Below, one piece after another: positions 35,143-54,013 of a DNA stretch of 64,000 nt. The stretch's first letter is position 1; each line of letters begins with the position of its first letter. Below the pieces are notes generated by a model. The model was not told where the DNA came from. It ran no database searches and saw nothing but the letters and a program-made list of their open reading frames with translations. The translations under genes and the position numbers were made by a program. This stretch comes from the human T2T-CHM13v2.0 reference genome, Homo sapiens: the NCBI RefSeq assembly GCF_009914755.1, contig NC_060934.1. One strand, written 5' to 3'.

Positions 35143-36991
35143 TAGTCTTTTTGTATTTTGATTTTGGGGGTGTGTGCGCATGTTCCTGAAGAGGGCATCT
35201 TTAATTTCATCAGATTCCTAATTACACACAGTTACATGAGCCTGTGTGGATGGAGCCCTCATCCTAAATTAGGCTCTCCCCCAAGAAAAACAATAACACA
35301 TTCTCACACTTAAAACCAGGCTTTCCCCAAATCCTTTCGGAATTTTAAGCAACACCAAAGTATGGCTTTCCTAGCCCACCCCTGCCCGCCTGTTTTTCCC
35401 AGTCGCCTGAATCTGGGATGGAACTCGCTGTTCTCAGAGAGCTGGCACGCACAGTGGTCCTGTATGAAGATGGAGAAATACCGACCCCAAGTGGCCGGTC
35501 TCAATATGTTCTGCTCTCCACCCTTTGCTGAGCCAGAAAGCCGGGCATTCCCCATATATGGATATCGCCCTCCGTGAGAGGGTGGGGTGCAGGGAGGGGG
35601 CAGAGACCCTGGGCAGGGCCTGCCCTCGAGACTCGCCAGTCCCCAGGAACGGCTTCTCAGAAGAATGGCACCTTCCCTATCCCTGAAGCCCACAAGAGCA
35701 GCCTTCTCCTGGCAGGTGCTCAGGACAGATGGAGACCAGGCAGGGAGGATGTTGGAGGAGAGGTGTGTTGCCATGGCTACCTGGCAGCCCTCACCTCAGA
35801 CCATGCACACCCTCATGCTTGGGGCAGCTGGGACTTTGTGGGAAGGATCTGCCACCCCCAGGTGTGTTTTCATGTGTCCCCTATTTAAGCTGCCACATAC
35901 TGGGTACCAGTTCTGTGCCAGGCATGGTGCTAAGGGCTTCAGGTACACTATCTCATTTATGCTCACAGAGCGAGGTACTATTATGAATCCTCATTTTAGA
36001 GAGAGAAAGCCAGAGGTTCAGAGGTTACGTGAGTGTGAGGCATCCTCCGGCCACGTGGGACCAGGCCACGACTTGGGCCTGACTGAGCCCAGAACCCCAG
36101 TCGGTTCTTTAGCCTCTACCAAGCAATGGCTCAGTGCCTGGGGACCACAAAGACACATCGTGAGATCCTCAGAAACTGAGGCCGGAATGGAGAAAGGACT
36201 CACCCAGGGTCACACAGCAGCTGGGCCATGCCTGAATTCCTCTAACCCTGCCCTCCCTGCCTCCAGCCCGTGATGCCCACCTCAGCAGCCTGAAAATGTC
36301 CCAGGCTCCATCATGGACTCGTTCTGCCTCAGTCTCCTGCCGCTTTGTGGCCTGAGCATATAGAGAGTCTCCCCCAGACACACGCCTACACATGTCCCTA
36401 ACACGTGCCTGTGTGCAAACACATCTACAAATATGCCCACACACTTGCACGTGTACACACAGGCAGAAATGGGTGCCGCATGTTCACGTGACATGTACAG
36501 TCACATACACGTGTGCATGCATGCATATCCTTATCTAAGGATGCAAGGGTGCATATTTGAGTAGCAGAGTGGTGAGGAGATTGGGCCCTGGGCAGGATTG
36601 CTTAGATTTGAATCCATAGCTGGATTCAAATGACTAGCTGGATTTGAATTACTAGCTGTGTGGTTTTGGGCATGTTACTTAGTTTTTCAGTGCCTCAGTT
36701 TCTTCATCTAAAAAATGGTAAGAATAATAATATAATATATATCCCACATAGTTAGGAGAATTAAATGGGTCAATATATGTAAAGTGTGAAAAACAGATCG
36801 GCTACATCGTGTGTGTTGCTTACTAAGCATATAGGTATATTCACACAATCCCGTGTACACTCACTCATGTGTACACCCATGCATGCACACCACACATGCA
36901 TGGACATGGATGCATGCACGCGTGTGTACACACACACACACAGACTCACACACACACACTGTTGCCCTCCACAATCCCCCAGAGGCCTTAC

Positions 36992-37186
36992 AGGAGGAGC
37001 GTCTTGCCCCCGCTGTCTTCGGGCCAGGCCACCACGCACTTGGTGGCACCCTGGTCCATGGTGACGGTGGAGTAGAAGCACTGAGGGGAGGCCAGGGCGA
37101 GAGCCACCAGCCAGATGCCAGCAATAACCGCCTTGGTGCTGGGAGCTGAAAGCCGAGGCTGGAAGGGGTGGACGATGGCCATGTAC
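36992..37186 (-). CDS. TACR2: TACR2 exon 2 (195 nt; TM4, ECL2)
   Basis: cacag|G TAC ATG completes the DRY motif; donor CT|gtaagg. Confidence 0.97.
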
Positions 37187-37978
37187 CTGTGAGCAGAGGG
37201 CAGCTTGAGCGGCAGGGGCCCTCCTGTTAGCCCAGCTCCCTTTCCCCTGTCTCCCTCTCTCCCAACCCAGGCCCACGCCTTCTAGCCATTCCCCGCACTG
37301 CTGCCATCTGCTGATATCATAGTATCAGCCGACCTGCAGAGAGCCCGCTGGGTGACTCTCCCACAGCCACACAGCACACTGATGCCTTGGAACCCCGGCC
37401 CAGGCACCTCGGCCCACCATTTCCCTCTGGGCATGGACATGCCCGTGGACGGCCACAAGAAAGCCACACTGGAAGCCCATCTCAGGGCAAGATCAAGCAT
37501 CCAACATTAGCCTGAAGCTCAGCCCTGAGCAGCGTTGGGAAAATAATTGGCCCTATTAGATTGTAACTGCAAGCAAACTTAACATTTTCCCCTCGTGTAA
37601 TCTATCCGGAATAATAAAAAAAAAACTGTATAAGACATATCTTTGGAGTGAAATAAAGACAACAAAACAAAGATCAACTCCAGGAAAGAACACTTCAGAA
37701 GGTCGCTAAAACATTGCCCACTTCCCCTACAGACTTGAACAACCTGTCTAGTGCATCTAGTGCAAAGTCCTTCTCTGTGTCTAACCCTCAGTCTACCTTC
37801 TTCAGCTCCACAGTCCCCCTGCCTTCCAGATTCATAGTTTTGGACCATGACCAGATTTGGGAAGCCATTCCCATGGTTCTACCCAAACTTGCTGTGTAAT
37901 CACAGGCATGTCACCACCCTTATCTGAGCCCCGGCTCAGTGGGGAGGCTCCCCCCAGCTTCCCCAAGGACCCTCTTGC

Positions 37979-38370
37979 CTGTCGGCAGCAATGGCGGTCA
38001 TGGAGTAGATGCTGACAAACATGGCTGTGATGGGGAAGAGGTTCTGGAAGTAGCAGAAGGCACGGCCAAAGTACCAGATGTTGTGGCTGGCATAGACAAA
38101 GTTGAAGGCGGCATTGAAGGCAGCCATGCAGAGGTCAGCCAGCGCCAGATTGACGATGAAGTAGTTGGTGACTGTGCGCATCCTCCGATGGGCCAGGATG
38201 ATCCAGATGACGATGGCATTACCCGTCACGGCCACCAGCACCAGGGCCAGGTAGGCTGTGGCCCACAGTGCCAGTTGCCAGCTGGGCATGGAGAAGGCTG
38301 TGATGCCCGTGGTGTTGCTCTCAGGGCCAGATGAGATATTGGCTTCAGTCACAATGTCACAGGTCCCCAT
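37979..38370 (-). CDS. TACR2: Tachykinin receptor 2 (NK2R) coding exon 1 (392 nt; N-terminus, TM1-3)
   Basis: [26 protein letters not shown]...SMTAIAAD; ends GAC AG|gcaaga (GC donor). Confidence 0.97.
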
Positions 38371-38670
38371 GGCTGCTTCTGGGTCTGGAACAAAGGACCT
38401 GGCTCCTCGGCTCCTCTCGGATTTGCTATGAAAGAGAACTCCCCTTCAGAGCATGGGAATATGGGGGCAGGGAGAGGAGCAGATGCCAAGCGTGGTGGCA
38501 CATCAGGAGAGCCTGGGGCCACTCCTAGGTCTCAGGCAAAGATGAGCTGGGCTGAGCACAAAGCCCAGTCCAGAACCATTGTCATTTCAGATTCCATCCT
38601 TCCGGCCAGACTTCTCGAATATCATGTGGAAACACAGAATTCAAATCACAGTGTCAGAGCAGAAAACACC

Positions 38671-38800
38671 CTTATAAATCAACCCCTTCGCTGAAGAGAT
38701 GGAAGACAGAGATTCCAAGAGGGGACGGGACCAGCCCAGGTCACTCAGGAAGTTGGTGACAAGTTAGGACTCGAACCCAGGTTTCTCGTCACGTAATTCA
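38671..38800 (-). promoter_or_regulatory. TACR2: Candidate TACR2 proximal promoter elements
   Basis: TATA-like TTTATAA on - strand near 38672-38678; bZIP/CRE-like TTACGTGACG at 38787-38796. The TSS cannot be fixed from sequence alone. Confidence 0.35.
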
Positions 38801-40826
38801 GGAAACCTTCCAGATCAGAGGAATGCACAGCGGGAGTCTCTGGAGTCCACAGGTCAATGGCGCAGCAGCCTCTCTCCAGGCTTTGGGCTGCAAGCCGGGC
38901 TGGGTGCTGGGTGCTCAGGGCTCTGCCAGCTGCCAGCCCTCGCTGCAGCTTCCCTGCCGTTCTCTGGGGCAGGGCCAGTGGGGGCCTTGGCAGAGGTGCT
39001 GCCTGCTCACGAGGGGGGGCTTTGGCTCCCGCCCCTGGTCCCACCCCCTGCTTGGCCTTGTCTCTTGAAAGATTTAGGACTGGCTGCAGAGGCAGGGAGA
39101 GACTTGGGGGAGATGGGGCTGGTACAGAGGGCCCAGCTCTCGGCGGATGTTGACTTTCAGCCCAGGACAGGAGCTACGTCTGAAGAGTGATTCTGAATAC
39201 AGAAGGAGTTCGAGCCTGGTTTGGTGACTCCAGGCAAGTCTCTTAACCTTTCTGAGCTCTGTCTACCCCATCTGAAAAATATAGAAAAATGGTGTGCATC
39301 TTACAGTACATTTGTGAATTTTAAATGGAGATAATGTGCACAAAGTCTACTTAGCACAGGGGTTGGTACATAAAAACTATGATTGGAGTTTCTGGCCCGA
39401 AGGGAGGACCCCACAGCTCTGGGCGCTCTAGGAGGAGAAGCCAGAACCCGGAGCGTTTCCAGCGAGTTCCCAGGTGATACTGATGCTGCTGGAGCCAGCA
39501 CTTCACTTTGAGAACCACTGTCTTAGGACAAAGTCAGGGCTCTTCCGGGAACCACAGCAAAGCTGGAGTTTTAACTCCTGAGAAGCTGCTCTAGGTTTGC
39601 CCCAAGATCCCTGCTCCTGGTCATTGACTGTGTGCACGTGTGTGAAGCAGTGAAGATGTTTCTGAGCAACTGTATGTGCGGCTGACGTGTTAAGCTCACA
39701 CACACGCATGAACCTGTGCACACCTGTGGTGTGTGGACCATGAAGGCAGGGCAGGATTAGCGGGAGTCGGGGGGGCATGTTCTTCATTAAAGCAGAGGAG
39801 GCTTCTCATTCACCAGCAACCCACGGCACAGCAGCCTCTGTGCTCCCAGGGCTCTGCCTTGCACCGCCTGGGTTTCTCGTGGCTGGGCCTCGGCCCCCAC
39901 ACTCCCAGTCCATTTTCTGCTTCTCCCTGTGTGTCACTTTCCTGACACCCAGCCCTTGTCTCCCGGGGTGAGCTGAGAAAGACCTTTAAAGGTCTCTAGT
40001 GCTGAAAAGATTATGCCACCCATGGAATCCAATATAAAAACAACACTAAACCATAAGTCATGAAACTTAAACATGCTGAAATTGAAAGAGCTTCTTTATG
40101 GATTTTTCTGATTATGAACTTCTGGGTAAGTTCATCGACAATCAACACTGAAATTGTATCTATTGTTTGGTCTCCCTGCTGTGCAGATGTGAGGAGCATG
40201 TGCTGGGTCGAATGGGAACCCCATCCTTGCCCTTGGGGAGGGAGTGCTTCCTGGGCCCCTACTCCTCCCGTGGGTGTGTGCCTGTGTGCCTGTTTCCTCT
40301 CTGGAGTGGCCTGTTTGGACTTTGGACCCTAGCAGAAGGGTCTCTGCCTTTGATCTCTGTTGGTGGCGGCAACAGTAGCAGTACTTTAGGGTTTGCTTCT
40401 GTCTCATGCCCATCTGGCCAGGGTCCTAAAGAGCAGAATGTGTAGAAATAAGAATGGAAGCCCAAGACAGCCTGCTCTTTTTGCTGTCCTCCTGCTCCCA
40501 GGCAGTGGGAATTTGTTGAGCTTCAGGTGCAAACCCAGTGCAGGGCTGGGATGCCTGAGCGCCTGTCACCAGTCACAGAAGCCCAGCAGAGTTCAAGTTC
40601 CTTCCTCCCCACAACATCCCGCCACCTCCACTGTTTATGTAAAGGGGATTATGTTTTGGAGCTTGTACATCTGAGTTTTTATTTTCCCCTTAAATTATCT
40701 GCTCTTGCAGCCTTCCAACTATGTGCTATGGTTTGAAGCCTCGTGAAAGGGGAAGATGCGGGCCACCCAGGATGAAGGGGTTCCTGATCAGCTTTGCTGC
40801 TTGGCACTGGCCTTCTGAGTCCATAG

Positions 40827-41151
<325 letters not shown>

Positions 41152-41299
41152 GAAGGCCAGTCCTTTTAAAGGAGAAAAAAAAATGCCGGGCACGGTGGCT
41201 CACACCTGTAATCGCACACCTGAGCTGATGGTGCCAGTTGCGTGCATCCAGGAAGCAGACCCTGCTGTGTAAGAAACACACCAGCTGTTTCTCAGGGAG

Positions 41300-41650
41300 C
41301 TACCACTGGGGTCAACACTTGGGGCAGCAGACAAGGCAGGAAGCAAGTGTGGCTGAAGCACGGCATCGTGCTGTGGTCCAGGCCTACAATAGCCTTGGTA
41401 ACCCCATGGGTAATTGGAACTGGGATAGCTTCAGAGTTGCCCCGTGTGGGGCAAAGTTAACCAGGCCTTTATATTTCCACATTGGTCACTGGACGTGGGC
41501 CACCCCAAGAAATCATGTGATTGTTGTCAAGGCAGTTGAGGCGAGGCCTGCAGTCGGGGACGCTAAACATGGTGCTGGTACTATATGCCTGCCCGGCAGC
41601 TTGAAGGGGGCCTGGGAAGCGCAGGGCAACGTCCACACAGCTAGACAGCA
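41300..41650. mobile_element. Old ERVL LTR fragment (LTR16-like)
   Basis: GGCCTTTATATTTCCACATTGGTCACTGGACGTGGGCCACCC resembles the LTR16 family. Confidence 0.4.
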
Positions 41651-42320
41651 GCCACTCCTTCAGACGGGCGTGCGCTGGCAACTGTGCCTTGCTGGTTGGT
41701 GTAATTGTGACCTCTGGGCTAGAGGCTTAAAGACCAGAGTTGGGAGAGGAATGATCTTCCAGGGAGTTTGAGGAAGAAAAGGTGGGAGAGCTGTGGTGTG
41801 TGAGAGAAGTGGGTGGGAGAGGAAAGGCGGCTCCAGAAAGCACTGTGGATGAGGCGTTGCTATCAGCGCCTGGGGGATGCTCTTGAGAGTGGCCTATCTC
41901 TGTTTGGGAGGCTGCTCTGGGCCCTAGCTTCAGAGGTCACAGACAGCATCGCGGGACACTAGCGCTGAGGGTCACCCTGTCACCAGGGCAATGCTGGGGG
42001 TGCCAGGAGGTGGCCGAAGTGAGAGGAGGACGTGGGGTTGGCAAAGGGTCAGCCCCTCTGCTGAAAGGCTCCAGTCCTGTGCCCGGTGGTGGGTCTGACC
42101 CTGAGCCGCTGCTCCAGTGATCATCCCAGAGACAGGAGGAAGGATCACATCTGTATTTGCGGGAGCTCCTGGTGGGGCCAAATGAGGACAAGAAGAAGAA
42201 CACTTTTCATTCTGCTAGATGAATCTGGTTCCATGGACTGTCCTTCATTCCGAGACCATGCCCTTCCTGCTGTTTGAGTTCTTTCATGAAATAATGGGGA
42301 TGGCGGATGGTAGTTGTTGA

Positions 42321-42732
<412 letters not shown>

Positions 42733-42748
42733 TAGGTTTTTAATATTA

Positions 42749-43438
<690 letters not shown>

Positions 43439-46334
43439 TTATTTATATCTATGTCTTTGTGATACAGATATGAAAGTTCTAAGTTAATGGTGGGATTTCA
43501 AGTGGGCAGGGCCGTATAATGCCTGGCACACTGGTACATGGTAGATGCTCAATAAACATCAAATGAATAAATGAATAACAAATGATGAGTAAAGTCTAAA
43601 TTATCACCTTGTTAGGGGTGAATGGGTAGCATTTTTATTTTTACAGGCCCTAAAGCTTAAAGTAAGAGAATATTTCTCCATACGTCCTGCAGGGATTTTG
43701 TAGCAGGACATCAGAGTCTATAGCACTCCTGGATTTATTTCTCATAGATAGTCCCCTCTTAGTCTGTAAACCAGAGGGCCCCAGGCCGGCCCCTTTAGAA
43801 GGTGCGCTCTGTGCCCCCTGCCCCTTGGCCTGGGCATCAGTGGCCCAGAATTTGGGACTTCAGCTGGGAGAGGGAGAGTCGGCCTCTGCCAAAACACGGG
43901 CTGCAGCTGACATCTTCTTTAAACACTGAGAGTGTGCTGGGGGCAGCGCCTTGCCCTGAAAGCCTGAAGTTTATCTAGCTGGAGAAGAGAGGCTGGAGTG
44001 TTTACATCTGCTGTGGTCCTGGTGTACACAGAGCTCTTAACACAAAACGTGCTCATTTCTCAACATCGGGCTCCAGCAGAATCTGTCCATCTATGGCAGG
44101 TGGAGGAGGAAGTGGGTGAGGCTTGTCTTAGGAGAGGACGCCCTGACACCCACTGGCTGGTTGGGTCACGGGGGAGTCATCCCAGAGCCAGCCTGGATAT
44201 TGCAGACAGAAGGAACTTGGCGTCTGCTCTGGGTGCTGGCGGATGTGGCAACACGTGCTGTGGCATGGCTGAGGTGAGGACAGGAGTTGGAAAAGGGCCT
44301 GCCTGCTGAAAGGCTCCAGTCCTGTGTGTTGTGGTTGGGTCTGTCACTGAGCAGCTGCTCCGAGGCTCAGCCCAGAATTAGAAGAAAGGGTCACATCTCC
44401 TCCTTCAGGAGGCTCCTGGACAAGCTGGGTAGCCAAGACCCAGCCTTGCAGAGAGAACTCACCATACCCTTCTGTCAAATGGGTGATGCGTGAGCTTCAA
44501 GCTTCAGAGGAGGGAGGAAGAGGTCTTTAGGGGTGGCGGAGAGTGAGCTTGAGTGGCTCTGGGAGGTCATGAGGGAGGGGACATGGGAATGAGCCCCAAT
44601 CCTGAGAGAAAGGTCAGAGTAGCCTGGGGGAGCCAAGGGTTCCTTCAGGAGGGTAATGAGAGTTGCAGCAAGTATAAATCTTGTCACAACCCCAGGAGTG
44701 CAAGAAACATCCTCTTTCTTTATACCCTGAAAAGCAACTTGATCTTGACTCTGAGTCCTCATCTCGTCCAGCTGGCAGGGAAATCCAACTTATTACTCCT
44801 GGGCTCCCACTATCCCCCTCCTGGTGCCGTCCATAGTGCCAGGGCATCTGGGGTGTGCCTTTACTGGTCATTAATCTACACAGGTCACTTTGGAGATGCC
44901 TGCTGTCCATTTCTGCAGGGTTCTTGAGGAAGGGGGTGGGGGCTGTTGTTTCTGAGACAATCCTGGGCCCTGGGAGTTTGGCGCTTAGTTGGGCATTGGG
45001 TCCTGGAGGCCCAACTTCCCAGAGCTCCTCTCCTTCTCCCATCTTGGCCATTCCTCTCAGGGCATTGCTAGGGGGAGGAACTGAACACCCACTTCTCCTG
45101 GCCCCACGGTCCTCTCTTCTCCCAGCCCTCTCTGGAAGTCCTGCTTCGTTAAAAATTCAGCTTCTTCCCCCAAATCCCACCATCCTTCATGCTCTTTCAT
45201 GATGTCTTTGATAAGACCGAGAATACTGGCAACCAAAAAAACCATTCTGCTTTCCTCCAGGACATGCAGACCTTTCATCTTCAGACCTTACTAAGAAGGG
45301 AGAAAAATATTTGCCTTCCATCCCTGGAGCATGGCAAAGAAAGGCAGGAAAAACTAAAGCTAGGTTTCCATATTAAAGCTTTGGAATATCCATTTCCTGC
45401 CCAGAGATGAGCCTGGAGAGGGAGAGTGAAGGCTGATGGAGAGAACCTTGAATGCCCTTTCTGGGGCCCCTTGTCTGAGGCCATCTTACCAGTCCTTCAA
45501 GGACCCCTCAGATGCTACCTCCTCGAGGATGCATGTGACCTTTGGGTCAAACGACTTTCTTTTTTTAATTATTATTATTATAAAATTAGATACAGGGTCT
45601 CCCTGTGTTGCCCAGGCTGATCTTGTACTCCTGGGCTCAAGGTCCTCCTGCCTCGGCCTCCCAAAGTGCTAGGATTACAAGTGTGACCCACTGCGCCAGT
45701 CCCCATATGGCCTTCTTGACCACTGATGTTGCCCCTGGGGTGGTACACTTGGGGTAATTTGCAAAACATTTTTTCCCTGCCCATATCATAGTAGGGGAGC
45801 TGACAAGAGCCCATCCCAGGCTTGGCTGTGTTTGAAATTACAGTTAACTAGTTCTCATGATATCAATTTAGGTTGCTCCAGTTCAATTCCAGTAAAATGA
45901 CATCATAAAGCTGGGGGATTTGGAAGACTCCCTGACCAATGGAATACAGCCATAAAGTAAGGTGTTACATGCCTTCAATTCATGTTGGAATACCACCTAG
46001 TCTTTGCCATACTTTGTATAACATTTTTTCACTCAGCCAAAAATGTGTCTGGACCCATATAGGCTTTTCCTTCTATCCCCACTGGTCCAGGTCACCATTA
46101 CAACCAGATTTGCTGCAATAGCCTCCTCACTACCTTCTGCATTCACTCGCTCTCCTCTACTCCATTCTCCACGTCTGCTCACAGTGATCTCTCCAAAAAC
46201 ACAACCTGACCAGGTACTTCCTGCTTTGAGCTCTTCAAAGACTCATTGTTCTCATGGTTAAGAGGAAATAGCCCTGCTCCTTCACCAGCTGGGACGGCTC
46301 ACGCTCCCTCAGGAACCACTTCCCCTTCTTTCCT

Positions 46335-46990
<656 letters not shown>

Positions 46991-47253
46991 TAATAAAGGA
47001 AACAAAACAAAACAAACTTCTCTCTTGTTTGAGGCACTGCATTTTACATCTTGGGGACCCTTTATGATGGCATGTAACTCTAAATAAACACTAGCCTTCA
47101 AGAACTTCTTTGATGCTTCCACAGGTTAACTATTTTTGTTCTACATTCTAATAGCATTCCTGTGCTTTTTTTCTTGTTAACATCCTGATCCATCACATGT
47201 ATTCAAAGTGTGTTTTCCCTACCATACTAGGAAATCCACAAAGCCAGGAATGA

Positions 47254-47300
47254 TGATGACAGCCTTGATGACAGCCTTGATGACAGCCTTGATGACAGCC
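47254..47300. repeat. 12-bp tandem repeat (TGATGACAGCCT) x ~3.9
   Basis: Perfect copies read directly. Confidence 0.9.
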
Positions 47301-49027
47301 ATATCCTCCCTGTCCTCCACTGTGATTGGCTCAATGATAACTTCTAATTAAATGAATGAATGGTGCGCCGATGAATGAACACACTGGAACAACTTGGATA
47401 TGATACCATGCATACTTTTTGCTGTAAGTAACAGTAACTTAAACAAATATCTTTCTCACATAACCAGGCATCTGGAAATAGGTGATTCTGTGAGAAACAG
47501 CTCAGTGATGTCAAAAGCTCTTTGGGAACTTTGATTTTTCTTGGCCTTCCCCTCATAGCTGCAAGAGGGCTGCAACAGCTCCAACAATCTTTTTATCTAA
47601 CTGCACTCTCATCCCAGGAAAGGAGCAGGAAGGAAAATAAGTCTCCTTCTAGGCTTCTCTCTTTTGGTCAGGGAGGAAAGCCTTCCCCAGGATTCCCCCC
47701 AGCAGATGCCCCTCACATCTAATTGGCCAGAACTAGGTCACATGACCACCCCAGGCCACATGGGAAGCTGAGAAAGGGAACTTCTTCCTTCTTCAGGACC
47801 CAGTGGGAATAAACCAGTTCTAACAGCCCTTGCCCCTCCTTGCCCAGGTGGTCCCATTTGGGAAGCCCCAGGGACAATGGGGTATCACGATCTGGTCACA
47901 AATAAAAAGCCATGCCTTGTGCTTGATGCTTGCTGGAGGATATCACATTCTGTCTCTTGAAATTCTCTCCCTTGACACTGGCCCACCCAGCCTTTCCCTT
48001 GACTCTGCCCATAAGCTCACCTGTTTCAGTGCAATCAGTGATTGTTATCTCTGTGGTTACAGCGTCGCTACTATTTACTGAGCACCAGCCACGTGCCTGG
48101 TGACTGAACAAGTTGCATAACCTCTTTGTGCTTCCTTTTCCTCACCTGTAAAATTTGTACTACCTCATGGGATTGTTATGAGATTAAATTAGTTAATACA
48201 GACAAAGTGCTTACAACAGTACCTGACACAAAGGGCTAAATAAGCATTTGCTGTTGTGAATTGTTTATATCCTCATTTCACAGATGGAATAAATAACATG
48301 TCCAAGGTCACACAGTCGGGGGAACCAACAGTGAAAGCCTGGTTTCTCTGACTCTAGAGCCCACAGCCTTTCTTCTCTTGCTGCCAGGCCTTGCTGTGTC
48401 TGCAAGTTTCTCCTCAGTGTCTCAAAGGTGGGATGTCTTGCCACAGACACTATTTACTAATTCATTAATCCACCTCCTCCTGGAAGCCTTCCAGGGCACT
48501 TGCTCTCTGCCCCTTGCTGGCTCTGGGAAGGCCCTTCTGGAGAACATGAGAAGCTTCCTCTTGTCTCTTCTGGAGGGCTGGGAAATGTAGGTCCTGCCCG
48601 CTATTGTGGTCAGCTGCAAAGACACAACGTCATCCTCCAGAGATGCCCAGCCCTGATGAGGACACTGAAGTCCAGGAAAGGCACTCCCTCCAGGTCAGAC
48701 AGCCAAGTACTAGGGGAGCCGCAACTGGATCTTAGGCCTCCAGGATGACTGCCCAGCACCCATTCCCTGCTCCGGGCTTCCTCCGTGTGAGCATTTTGCA
48801 GAGACAGCGACTCATCCAAAGGAGACCCTTACTCACAGTAGGGCCAAGAATGGGGCTTGCCTGGGAGATCCTGGCCTGAGCATTACAGGGGAGACCATGC
48901 CTTACTCATCCCTGACCCTCCACTCCCACTCTGGCTCCTACGTGGGCCCAGCCTCATCCCCTGCAGAGATATGCAGACTGTAGCCTAAGTGCAGGAGTGC
49001 CTGTAATACACAGATTATGACACTAGA

Positions 49028-49346
<319 letters not shown>

Positions 49347-49412
49347 CTAGAGGGCAGCCTCACTGCTTTAATCCTGGTGACCACAAAGGCTTTTAAGAAG
49401 CCTCCACCAGAT

Positions 49413-49443
<31 letters not shown>

Positions 49444-49479
49444 AATGATCGTGGTGGTGGTGGTGGCGGCGGTGGCGGT
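49413..49479. repeat. Compound trinucleotide repeat (TGA)n(TGG)n(CGG)
   Basis: Read directly from sequence. Confidence 0.9.
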
Positions 49480-49789
49480 TGAGGCTACTATGTATTGAGC
49501 CAAGATGATATATCATCTCTAACCAGCAGGTCTTCTGTGCATACCATGTTCTGCTGTGTTCTGAATTGCAGAAAATGTACCACCTCCATCCAGTTACCCA
49601 AGCCTGAAACCTGGGCATCACCATCAGCTTCTTCCTCCTTCCCTCTCTCCACTCTACCACCTACTCCCATCCATTCTATATCCTAAATCTTGTCGCATCC
49701 CCATCTCTCCAGGCCCACAGTTTGTCCTTCTCCTCCAACTTTCCATTCGATTTACAGAAAGCCCCAGTCTCCTGCCTCAGGCCCTCATG

Positions 49790-50285
<496 letters not shown>

Positions 50286-51150
50286 GCTCTCTCTCTGAGA
50301 CCCTCTTCCACGTCCTTTTAGCTGGGCAACTCGATAATCAGGCGGGTCTCTAACATTGCTGCCGAGCCTGAACAGCACAGAGCCATCGACTGCTCCTCCC
50401 CACAGCCACACTTAGTACGCTGCATTGTGACTGCTTCTTCAAACACCTGCCTCCCTACCCGTCACCACCAACTGCCCTCCCTCCACTGAGAGAAAGGATT
50501 GGGCTCCCTGATGCATGTGTGTGCAAACACGGGAATGGAACAAATCTTTATAAGAACACAAGAAGTGAGTTTTATTATTCTTAGCAATTTTGAATTTTGC
50601 CCCAGGTTTTTGTTTTTGCAGTGATCTGTTTACAGTGTTTAAAGCATAAAGAGATACATTTTCTTTTCAAATACAGATGTAGATATAAAAACACCTGTAC
50701 TTAATACTCTCAAAGCCATTTTGTTCTATTTTCTACTTGAAATTTCCAAGCTGTGGCTAATCCTTACCCACGGACCTTGACACTGTGGAAAATACCCCCC
50801 AATGCTTATGATGTACGGAAAACCAAAACCAAAACAACAATTTTAACCAGGAGGTGAAAGCAGGGGCAGATGGGCTGAGTTAACCCACAAGTGTCTGTGG
50901 CTGGGGGGTCCTGCCTGTGCTGGGGTAGGGGTGGGCAGTGGATACAGGGTTTATCTCAAGGGGCTGGAGCCCAGTATTGTCTCTCCTATAGGGGCTGTAC
51001 AGGTCAGTGTCCCATTTTACAAAGGAAGAAACCCAGACAAAAGGCTAAATGAATTGTCCAAGATCCTATTACTAATAAGTAAGACAGGGAAAATTCAAAC
51101 TTGGCTTTAACTGACTATCCATATTCTTTCTACTATATCAGGATGGATCA

Positions 51151-51814
<664 letters not shown>

Positions 51815-52042
51815 TTAATTTAATCTTTATCAAATTGATATATTTATATAGTTTAAGAAGTCAAATAATACCATAAGACTAATAGCAATAGAAAGTTTTC
51901 TCCTCTAATACTTCCCTAATCTTGATTCCTGTCCCCAGAGGCAATTGATTTCAATTCTTTTAGTCATTTTTTCTGGAATTTATATCTATATGTCTTAACA
52001 TAATAACATGATTATTTAATTTTTCTTTAATAGTTAAAAATG

Positions 52043-54013
<1,971 letters not shown>

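Noticed and set aside
35587-36273. 228-aa + strand ORF in TACR2 intron 2
   Set aside because: Non-ATG start, no recognisable domain, runs through MIR-like sequence
47254-47300. CRISPR-like array
   Set aside because: Spacerless tandem repeat in eukaryotic DNA; no repeat-spacer structure anywhere in the window
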